Part shown: in pieces, positions 1-7,662 of the stretch | Layout: the number at the start of each line of letters is the position of its first letter | How positions within the stretch are numbered: the stretch's first letter is position 1 | Source of the DNA: a virus | Lineage: Duplodnaviria; Caudoviricetes | Strand: one strand, 5' to 3' | DNA: 27,070 bases | Virus record (IMG/VR): IMGVR_UViG_3300022178_000117 | Location: 1-27,070 of that record | The notes under the pieces: model-generated | Told to the model about the DNA's origin: nothing | What the model saw: only the letters and a program-made list of their open reading frames with translations | Database searches by the model: none | Position numbers and translations under genes: made by a program

Positions 1-182
1 TCTGTAATTTTATCTTCAGCAACTTTTAAATCTCTTTGTAAACTTATAATTTCTTGCTGGTTTGAATTGATTGTGTCTGTTAGATTAACAATATAACGAA
101 CGCCAGTGAATGTACCGACTAGCACAGAAGCTACTACAGGTACTAATACAAAATTCTTTTTTAATAAATCTGCTAAATTCAT
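1..182 (-). CDS. Partial gene running off the left edge: N-terminal transmembrane segment followed by a coiled coil
   Basis: Hand-translated, not in the ORF track: MNLADLLKKNFVLVPVVASVLVGTFTGVRYIVNLTDTINSNQQEIISLQRDLKVAEDKIT...; its ATG overlaps the upstream TGA (ATGA, 179-182). Confidence 0.8.
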   Translation of the reverse strand, partial: MNLADLLKKNFVLVPVVASVLVGTFTGVRYIVNLTDTINSNQQEIISLQRDLKVAEDKIT

Positions 183-826
183 TTTTTCTTTTCCTCAATT
201 TCATAGAAGAACTTGTCCGTATCCTCTGTACGCCATGCTCTACTATCTTCAACGTTCCATTCAGATGTTTGCACTTTCCAATCAGGTATATCATCTTTCA
301 CTGTGAAAGAAGGTATGTCCCATATACATCTATTGTTTGGTTGTGCTGCATAATTACCATCGTCTAATGCAATTATGTGAGCGCACTTATGTTCGTGCGG
401 AATCTCTGAATGATCAGTGTCAAGTATATTAGACTCTGGATGTGCAAAGTCAACGGTAAATAAATATTTACCAGGGTGCCACTTTTTATCTTTACCTATG
501 TATTTTCCTGCTTGTCCGTCTAGAATATCCCAACGATGCACAGAAGGATAATAAGAGAAACAATTCCAAAGCTGTAGTTCATCAAGTCTTCTGGCTGGTA
601 CGTCTTTTGCTTCGAAACCACGTTGAATAAACGCGCTAATTGGGAGGCGATAAAAGATTGCGCCATTTTCCATAATAGCGTGAAATAAGATGCTCCGACC
701 TGTAAGACTGCTAATACCGAAGATAACACAGTCACACACTTCTCCATGATGCTTTTGTAAGTCATATAAATACTCCTTTTTTATTTGTGCGTATACTACA
801 GGAATGTTTGCATTTAAGTAAGCCAT
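179..826 (-). CDS. Conserved phage hypothetical protein (215 aa)
   Basis: Long ORF co-oriented with and starting 6 nt after polA; His/Cys-rich segment HSEIPHEHKCAH; function not recognised. Confidence 0.8.
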   Translation of the reverse strand: MAYLNANIPVVYAQIKKEYLYDLQKHHGEVCDCVIFGISSLTGRSILFHAIMENGAIFYRLPISAFIQRGFEAKDVPARRLDELQLWNCFSYYPSVHRWDILDGQAGKYIGKDKKWHPGKYLFTVDFAHPESNILDTDHSEIPHEHKCAHIIALDDGNYAAQPNNRCIWDIPSFTVKDDIPDWKVQTSEWNVEDSRAWRTEDTDKFFYEIEEKKK

Positions 827-832
827 AATTTA

Positions 833-2674
833 TCATTTTATTTGGCCCCAATTAGGGCCTGATTCATAATCTACCTTGTTAGGTACTTCTAAGTCAACAG
901 CAGACTCCATAATTTCTTTTATTTTATCTGCATTATTATTTACTGATATATCAAGTTCATCATGCACTTGTATATGTGGTATGATACCCTCTTTGTATAA
1001 ATTAACCATAGCCTTTTTTGTCATGTCAGCTGCTGATCCCTGTATCAATTTGTTTAGTGCTTTGTAGGTAAACGCCCGTTTGATCCCTGGTCCGTGTTCC
1101 GCGAGTGCATCTTCGTGAGATAATGCTTTGTGTATCCCGAACTGATTAGGCTCCCACAAATTAAATCTACATCTACGACCTAGTAAAGTTCTAACTCTAC
1201 CTTTGTCTTGTGCTCTACGCATTACACTTTCCATTAACATTTTTACAAATGGTACTTTGTCATGATAAGTTCTAAACAAATCTTCCGCATCTTCTTTAGA
1301 TACACCTAACTCTGCTTGTAATTTATTTTTACCCATACCATAAAACAAACCTAAATTAATTGTCTTAGCTTGTGATCTTGGTATGTTAGCCATATCTGAT
1401 ACAATCTGGTGAAAGTCTGCTTCGCCTTCGTTGTATGAATCTAATACTTCGTCAACGCCATACAGTCCATCGAGAGCTGCGTAGTGTGTAACTAGACGTG
1501 GCTCTTGTTGTGAGTAGTCAAAACAACCCCAGGTACAACCTTCTTCTGGTATAAATAAACTTCTGATCCGTGGTCCAAGTTCCTTGTTCCGTGCAGGAAT
1601 CTGCTGTAAGTTTGGATTGTTATAACTAAATCTACCGGTTACAGTACCACCACTATCAGATCTAATCTGATTTATCTCTGCATGTATTCTACCTTTATGT
1701 TGATGCTTTAATATGGTATCAATAAATGTAGTATGAGATTTATTTATTTCCCTAGCACGAGCTATTTGTTTCACCACTGGGTGAGGATGATTCTGCAGAA
1801 AGTTTTTAGTAAATGATGGAGAACTTGTTTTTGCGGTTAAGTCATATGGTAGGTTCAGTTTTTGAAAGACTTTCTCTATTGAACGTGCAGCCCATATTTG
1901 AACATCTACTAATGTTTCTTTTTTTACTTTGTGTAAGCATTCTTTTTCTTCTTCTATTAATTGTTGCTTCAATCCATATGCTGCTTCAGTATCTACACGA
2001 ACACCTAAAAAACGCATATCAACGAGGCAAGGAAAAAGTTCTGTCTCTAGTTTAAATATATCTTCTACATCTTCGTGATACATTTGTTTCTTCATTTCTT
2101 GCCAAAGTTTTAGAGTTAAATCTGCATCTTGTTCAGCATACTCACCAACGTACATGGCTGGTAGTTTATACATCTCTGCTTTGTGATCTACACCCCATAG
2201 GTCTGCAGTTTCCTTTAATACAGCCTCATTTTTGCCTATTCCGACGTAATCACGACCCAGACTACCTAAATCGTATCTAAAGCGATTCTCGTCCACGAGA
2301 GAGCCAGCAATCATGGTATCTACGATAGTGCCATTAATTTTAAGGCCTGCAGCACGTATAAAACATACGTCATACATAGCGTTGTGAAATATCTTAATAG
2401 CGTCTGTATTTAGGACATCTTGAAACCATTTTAGGACCATGTTCTTATCCATGTTGCCACCACCTTCGTGTGCAATAGGATAATAACCTTTCCAATCTTG
2501 GACAGCTACAGCTATACCAACTATATTACTTCGGCCAGTTATAGATCCGGAGCCCATAGTTTTAAGATCGGGATCTTTTGTTTCTAAGTCTATTGAGATC
2601 TCATCGTATTTTGATAGATCAGGAAAATCTTGTGGTGGTAGCCACTCTGTCTGTGGTTTAAATATTGGCTTCAT
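833..2674 (-). CDS. polA: Family A DNA polymerase with 3'-5' exonuclease domain and no 5'-3' exonuclease
   Basis: ExoI DLET, ExoII HNAMYD, ExoIII YAEQD; TVTGRFS..PNLQQIP; motif A DYSQQEPR; motif B RSQAKTINLGLFYG; motif C QVHDEL. Confidence 0.97.
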   Translation of the reverse strand: MKPIFKPQTEWLPPQDFPDLSKYDEISIDLETKDPDLKTMGSGSITGRSNIVGIAVAVQDWKGYYPIAHEGGGNMDKNMVLKWFQDVLNTDAIKIFHNAMYDVCFIRAAGLKINGTIVDTMIAGSLVDENRFRYDLGSLGRDYVGIGKNEAVLKETADLWGVDHKAEMYKLPAMYVGEYAEQDADLTLKLWQEMKKQMYHEDVEDIFKLETELFPCLVDMRFLGVRVDTEAAYGLKQQLIEEEKECLHKVKKETLVDVQIWAARSIEKVFQKLNLPYDLTAKTSSPSFTKNFLQNHPHPVVKQIARAREINKSHTTFIDTILKHQHKGRIHAEINQIRSDSGGTVTGRFSYNNPNLQQIPARNKELGPRIRSLFIPEEGCTWGCFDYSQQEPRLVTHYAALDGLYGVDEVLDSYNEGEADFHQIVSDMANIPRSQAKTINLGLFYGMGKNKLQAELGVSKEDAEDLFRTYHDKVPFVKMLMESVMRRAQDKGRVRTLLGRRCRFNLWEPNQFGIHKALSHEDALAEHGPGIKRAFTYKALNKLIQGSAADMTKKAMVNLYKEGIIPHIQVHDELDISVNNNADKIKEIMESAVDLEVPNKVDYESGPNWGQIK

Positions 2675-2910
2675 GAGTAGTCCCTCTCTAGTATCATTTC
2701 CAAATAATGTATTGCCTTCTTTATATCTTGTTCTTTCCCTTTCGACTGATGTCGACAGATATATTTTATAGCATTACCTTCTGCAAAAAGCAATTTGTTT
2801 TCGTTTATAAACTCTGCGGGCTGAATTTTCATCGAGCGATAGTGCTTCCCGCCTACCTGCTCTTCTAGTGAATTGTATGTTGTACCTTTAAATAAATCTT
2901 TAGATGTCAT
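2671..2910 (-). CDS. DUF3310 family protein (SaV-like / T7 gp1.7 nucleotide-kinase-like domain)
   Basis: QVGGKHY...IQPAEFI...FAEGNAIKYICR...KGKEQDIKKAIHYLE pattern; ATGA overlap with polA. Confidence 0.85.
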   Translation of the reverse strand: MTSKDLFKGTTYNSLEEQVGGKHYRSMKIQPAEFINENKLLFAEGNAIKYICRHQSKGKEQDIKKAIHYLEMILERDYS

Positions 2911-4384
2911 ATGCTTTTTTCCTTTGTGGTTCTATTATAAATAAATTGTTTTCTGTTCTTGTGCATGCAACGTAAAACAATCTGTGTGTATCATCTGGAT
3001 TCTTTTGATACTCATCGTAAGCTGCTCCAGATAGTTCTGTATTAATTACTACATTCTCTCTTTCGTTTCCTTTTACCCCATGTATTGTAGAGATACTTAT
3101 CCTTGGTGTGCCAGATAAATCTTCTCCTGCTTTTATTAATTTTGATATCTTTCTAATATCTTCATTTCCTAATTCATCTAATGCTTCTTGCCAGTCTGCT
3201 TCTGTTTGTAATCCATACTTATCTTTTAATGTATCTATGTCATAGAACTGGTCTTTGACCATAGCTTTGAATAGTTTCTTGTCCCAGTTTTTATTCATCT
3301 TGTTAAATATTTTTTTACAATCATTAAAGTGCATAGGTACACCTGTTTTTAATTCATCCCACTTCTGTATAATTTCGTATATGTTTTTTACTCTTGGTGT
3401 TGCTTTTCTTCTTTGCCAATATAATCCTTTCTCATCTAACACATCACCTATGTCTCCCAACATATAGTTTGCCGTTGCTAGCACTAACCATTTACCTTTG
3501 GTAAAATCTACATCATATAAACTTTGACAACGATTGACAGATCCTGTCGTATTTTTTGGATAATATTTTTTTTCTACTCTGTTTCTAACTCTGTTAATAA
3601 TTTTATTTGCAAGAGCAAAAGGTTTTTGTGGCACTCTGTGTGATTGTTCTAATATTTTTCTTGTGCCTTCTAAATTTATAAATGTGTTTACATGTGCACC
3701 ATTCCATTTGTAAATACCCTGGTCATCATCTCCTGCAATAAAAGAATCTGTTGCTGCTTCTTCTATTCGTCTTACTAATTTCCATTGTATCAAACTTAAA
3801 TCTTGTGATTCATCAACAAACATTACACGTAACTTTGGTGGTTCACCTGATGCTAAAAATTTTTCTATCATGTCTGGAAAGTCAATCAATCCATGTTCTG
3901 ATTTATATCTTTCTAACTCTTCTGATATAATTTTTAATTTGTTTAATGATACCTGTTGATTATCTGTAAGATGATAATATTTTACAGGATCTATTTCTTT
4001 TGATCGTGCTATGTTTATTAATTGTATGTATGGATTTTTTGAATAGAAGACACTGTCATGATCTTCGTCTTGCTGTGTACCTTCTATCTCTAGTCCCATC
4101 TTCTCACCTAATTCTTTGTAATGTTTTTCTTTCATCACTTGATCTCTAGCTAATCCAAGTTGATTAAAACAAAAAGAGTGTAGTGTTTGAAAATATGGTA
4201 GATCATCTAACATAGATAATCTAAATTTTAATGCAGCTCTTTCTCTGCCTTCTTGTGCAGCATTTTTACTAAATGTAAAATATCCAATCTTATCTGGGTC
4301 TGTTGTCTCAAGAAATTTTTCTATATGTCCTAACAAAGTATGTGTTTTACCTGTGCCTGGTGGTCCATAAATTATAGTTCGCAT
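2900..4384 (-). CDS. UvrD/Rep-like superfamily 1 DNA helicase
   Basis: GPPGTGKT, TLHSF, VDESQD, GDDDQGIY, STIHGVKGNE, RLFYVACTR motifs. Confidence 0.93.
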   Translation of the reverse strand: MRTIIYGPPGTGKTHTLLGHIEKFLETTDPDKIGYFTFSKNAAQEGRERAALKFRLSMLDDLPYFQTLHSFCFNQLGLARDQVMKEKHYKELGEKMGLEIEGTQQDEDHDSVFYSKNPYIQLINIARSKEIDPVKYYHLTDNQQVSLNKLKIISEELERYKSEHGLIDFPDMIEKFLASGEPPKLRVMFVDESQDLSLIQWKLVRRIEEAATDSFIAGDDDQGIYKWNGAHVNTFINLEGTRKILEQSHRVPQKPFALANKIINRVRNRVEKKYYPKNTTGSVNRCQSLYDVDFTKGKWLVLATANYMLGDIGDVLDEKGLYWQRRKATPRVKNIYEIIQKWDELKTGVPMHFNDCKKIFNKMNKNWDKKLFKAMVKDQFYDIDTLKDKYGLQTEADWQEALDELGNEDIRKISKLIKAGEDLSGTPRISISTIHGVKGNERENVVINTELSGAAYDEYQKNPDDTHRLFYVACTRTENNLFIIEPQRKKAYDI

Positions 4385-5877
4385 TAGTAATTATCTTTCT
4401 TAAATGGTTTTGGTTTGTATGTTTCTGTTTGTTTATCAAATCTAGCTACAGCAAATACAGATAGCTTATGTCTACCCACACGTTTAGTTGTGCAATGTAG
4501 ATTGTCTTTTAGCATCTGTGATGTTCTTTGGTATGGCACCTTCCAATGTTTTCTAGATAAATAATTGTGAAAGAAGTTATCAAATACAAAATGGTGGTAG
4601 CCTTCTTTGGTAAATGTACCTCCGTTTTTAAGATCTTCAAAGTCATCTTTCTGTATTCTATTTACACAATAGTCTTCAAGATAATTACGTAATATATCTT
4701 TTGTGCCTGTACCTTCTGCTGGTTCTGTTACTTCTGCATTCTCTAACAATATGTTTGTAAGTTTTTTCCAATCATTTGTTTTCAATGTTGGAGGATTAAA
4801 TCGTAATTGTTTTACACACTCTTCTTGAAATAAACTTTGGTTTGTTAAATGTTTTGCAGAGTCAAGATACAATCTATCCCCATCTACATTCATGTAATAG
4901 TATGGTTCTTCTAATGCAACGACTTGTAGATCTGTAAGATTAGGAAATGTTATCTCTTGTCCTATACCAAACTTTCTAGACTTACATAGTTTTTTATCAC
5001 ACAAACTACACATAGGCTGGTCATTACATTTGTAACCCCAATCTTTTTTCTCATGTTGTTTTGTTATGATGTTTACTTCTATATCTGACAATGGTTGTGC
5101 CATTGCTGATTCGTTAAATAATATTAATTTTGTTTTCCAATTTTCTGGCCACTTAGACTTTGCATACACACCATAATGAAATAGTGCATTGTTTCTGCCA
5201 CCCTCTCCTACTTTGTTTTGTACCATTAGTTCTACACACGGTGGTCCATCAGAGTATGGTGTCTCTGGTCTTTTAACTTCTATTGTGCTGATGTCGTCTT
5301 GTTTATATCTTTCTTGTAATTCAAAAAAAGCATCTATGCTAGCAGCTTCTCCATTCTCGAGAAAGGCATATCTTGTTGTGCTACTACAATTAAAGTATGG
5401 TAAGTTAAGAAAGTTTCCTGTATCATCTTTTGATTTTAATTCTCTTTGTTTTGGAAATACTTCTGATCCACCATAACCTAATACAGATCTTATCTCATTA
5501 AGTTTATCTTGCATCAAACTTGCAGACACATAATCTTTTGTAAATAAAAATACGTGTGCACCACCTGATTTAGATCTACATACTATCAGTGGTAATTTAA
5601 ATTGTTTAATTTTGTTTATAAGTTTTTGATGATCAAAGCCTGCGTAAGAATCTATATCAATACATCCCCACTTACATTTGTTGTCATCGTTAATTGGTAT
5701 GACACCTAGACTATCTACTCCGTCTAAATGTTTTTGCCATAATTCGTTTGTGACTGGTTCTCTCTTAACAAAGGATTTACCTTTTACCTTTGTACCATTA
5801 CCATTTGATTCACCTACAATAGTGACACCATGCGCACGGTCCAATCCTTCAAATATATTTTTAAACTTCTCAATCAT
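4384..5877 (-). CDS. Archaeo-eukaryotic-type primase (AEP / prim-pol) with PriCT-like helical domain and Cys cluster
   Basis: AEP motifs CIDID, RSKSGGAHVF, GNFLNLPY; GPPC..EGGRNNALF; CxxxxxCxxCxxxxC; TAATG overlap with the helicase gene. Confidence 0.85.
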   Translation of the reverse strand: MIEKFKNIFEGLDRAHGVTIVGESNGNGTKVKGKSFVKREPVTNELWQKHLDGVDSLGVIPINDDNKCKWGCIDIDSYAGFDHQKLINKIKQFKLPLIVCRSKSGGAHVFLFTKDYVSASLMQDKLNEIRSVLGYGGSEVFPKQRELKSKDDTGNFLNLPYFNCSSTTRYAFLENGEAASIDAFFELQERYKQDDISTIEVKRPETPYSDGPPCVELMVQNKVGEGGRNNALFHYGVYAKSKWPENWKTKLILFNESAMAQPLSDIEVNIITKQHEKKDWGYKCNDQPMCSLCDKKLCKSRKFGIGQEITFPNLTDLQVVALEEPYYYMNVDGDRLYLDSAKHLTNQSLFQEECVKQLRFNPPTLKTNDWKKLTNILLENAEVTEPAEGTGTKDILRNYLEDYCVNRIQKDDFEDLKNGGTFTKEGYHHFVFDNFFHNYLSRKHWKVPYQRTSQMLKDNLHCTTKRVGRHKLSVFAVARFDKQTETYKPKPFKKDNY

Positions 5878-5884
5878 ATATTTA

Positions 5885-5918
5885 AGTGGGCGACTCCACT
5901 CTCGCTTCGACGCCCACT
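5885..5918 (-). promoter_or_regulatory. GC-rich intergenic stem-loop 7 nt upstream of the primase start codon
   Basis: Arms AGTGGGCG (5885-5892) and CGCCCACT (5911-5918); on the minus strand the interior gives a purine-rich internal loop and a GAGA tetraloop; no U-tract on either side. Confidence 0.7.
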
Positions 5919-5927
5919 ACCTAGGAT

Positions 5928-6680
5928 CTAGTAATTTGAATTAGACTTTGTAGTCTCTTCTGTACCGTGTTTAGCTTGGATCTCACCCTTACCCACAGAT
6001 TCAGCAAAAGCTTTTGCCATATCATAGATACTTTTATCTGTGACTGGTCCTGCTTTTGATACATCCCAACCAAACCATGTTCCTTTGTCGTTAGACATCT
6101 GAACAGTGGATAGATTATAAATGTGGCTGTAAGTTGGCGGAGTAAACAAACCATTTTTACCCTGCATTTTAATACCCATCATCATTGAGTTCCATTTTCT
6201 ACTAACTTTAAGTTGAGTAGACTTCATAGAAATCAAAGCTGTAGATGGATTATCTCCAACAGTTAATACAAAGTGGCTTGCAGTGTTTTCAAGATAGTTA
6301 CCATTTGCTAATCTATCTTTGTAGTCTTTACCTCTAGTGGTTTGACTTACTATATCACTGTCTGCCTCGTGAATTGCAACAGGTGCACCAGTGCTGGTAC
6401 CTCTATCTTGCCATTCAATGTATTGTCTTTTGTAAAAGACCGGTACGACTTGTAATGTGTCGAACAACTGATTAGTTACAGTGTTTATTATTTTGCCTGG
6501 CTCTGCGCCCTCGACATACTTACCATCTCTTTTGTTTACCTCTGGAGATAGTTGGCCCAAAATTTTTAAGAAAGGCAACGCAAGATCTTCTTGCGATATA
6601 TTTTGAGCACCTTTATTTGCATCAGCTTCCATATCAAATGTTGCCAATGCTCCTTCTTTTTTTGTTGCTACTTGGTTCAT
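5928..6680 (-). CDS. Conserved phage replication protein, putative ssDNA-binding protein
   Basis: 250 aa; DLALPFLKILGQLSPEV and NDKGTWFGW segments, aromatic beta-rich pattern; position upstream of primase. SSB function is inferred. Confidence 0.55.
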   Translation of the reverse strand: MNQVATKKEGALATFDMEADANKGAQNISQEDLALPFLKILGQLSPEVNKRDGKYVEGAEPGKIINTVTNQLFDTLQVVPVFYKRQYIEWQDRGTSTGAPVAIHEADSDIVSQTTRGKDYKDRLANGNYLENTASHFVLTVGDNPSTALISMKSTQLKVSRKWNSMMMGIKMQGKNGLFTPPTYSHIYNLSTVQMSNDKGTWFGWDVSKAGPVTDKSIYDMAKAFAESVGKGEIQAKHGTEETTKSNSNY

Positions 6681-6682
6681 GT

Positions 6683-7234
6683 TTATTTGTTCCTTTTTAT
6701 TGTTGTCTTATTCTCCGAGAAAACCCCGAAGATTTCCGTTGGCATTTCTTTACCTGCCTCAATACGTTCACGGACTAACGCTTTCAAAGTCATGGGTTCT
6801 ACCTTCATCTTTTGTGTCGGTTGGAACCCTTGACCTTTTGCAAGATCGGCATAATCAGCCGCCTTGTTATCTTCGTTGCGACCAAAGGATACGGATATCT
6901 CGTTTTTGATTATATCCCCTAGTCCATTATTACGAAGCCAGTTAAACGCCGCTTCTTTATTTGCTTCTGTAATAGTAGCACGATACGACGTTGAAACTTT
7001 TAGGTGCGATCCATCATGCAGTTTAAGTTCTGCAAGTCCCATCTCACTCATCATAGTAGGTATAACTTCACCTGATATATGATCTCTTTTCTTTTTTAAT
7101 AATTTTATATTCTCTTCTGCTGCTTCTATTGTTGAAACAACTTTTTCTAATGATTCAACCTGATCTGCAAGAGACTGGATATTACCAGTTTTTTTCATTG
7201 CATCTTGTTGGTCTTTTTCAAAATCAATTGTCAT
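6683..7234 (-). CDS. Conserved phage protein with N-terminal coiled coil (183 aa)
   Basis: Strong SD (GAGGAG); AFNWLRNNGLGDIIK and VEPMTLKALVRE motifs familiar from phage replication modules. Confidence 0.8.
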   Translation of the reverse strand: MTIDFEKDQQDAMKKTGNIQSLADQVESLEKVVSTIEAAEENIKLLKKKRDHISGEVIPTMMSEMGLAELKLHDGSHLKVSTSYRATITEANKEAAFNWLRNNGLGDIIKNEISVSFGRNEDNKAADYADLAKGQGFQPTQKMKVEPMTLKALVRERIEAGKEMPTEIFGVFSENKTTIKRNK

Positions 7235-7619
7235 CTATTTCTCCTCTTTCATATAAGTTTATTTCTATTGGGTAGTATTTTCTTTCTTGTTTGTCCCACT
7301 TTAGTAAATTAAATCTGCCATTGGTAATATCAGATACAATAGAACATGCAACACCTATGATTGCAGGATCGCCTGTAAGTAGTAAATAATCTCTAGGTTT
7401 ATAATCTTTTAATTTTTTTCTTAATGTAAAAATTAATGGTCCTGGAGAATGTATCATTTGAGAAAACTCTGGTAGTACAAATTTAAATTGTCCATAGTGT
7501 GATGCTCCCATAATATTTATTTTTGGTGCACCTGCCTTTGTTCCTGCTATTTCTTGAATAACATAAACAGTAGGATTTAAATTTCTTTTTAAGTTTTCGT
7601 ATTTCGTACTTTCTGACAT
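7224..7619 (-). CDS. Small alpha/beta hypothetical protein (131 aa; start reassigned to MSESTK at 7619)
   Basis: The ORF-track start at 7637 lies inside the promoter; the ATG at 7619 follows a TATGAT -10 box after 6 nt. Confidence 0.75.
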   Translation of the reverse strand: MSESTKYENLKRNLNPTVYVIQEIAGTKAGAPKINIMGASHYGQFKFVLPEFSQMIHSPGPLIFTLRKKLKDYKPRDYLLLTGDPAIIGVACSIVSDITNGRFNLLKWDKQERKYYPIEINLYERGEIDDN

Positions 7620-7655
7620 TGACAAATCATATAACATCCTTTATATAGAAGTCAA
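7619..7655. promoter_or_regulatory. Overlapping divergent sigma70-type promoters
   Basis: Minus strand: TTGACT(7655-7650)-18-TATGAT(7631-7626). Plus strand: TTGACA(7619-7624)-17-TATATA(7642-7647). Located at the only divergence point in the window. Confidence 0.75.
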
Positions 7656-7662
7656 TAGAAAG

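Noticed and set aside
5885-5918. Intrinsic terminator interpretation of the hairpin
   Set aside because: No U-tract on either strand, and it lies inside a co-oriented operon 7 nt from a start codon.
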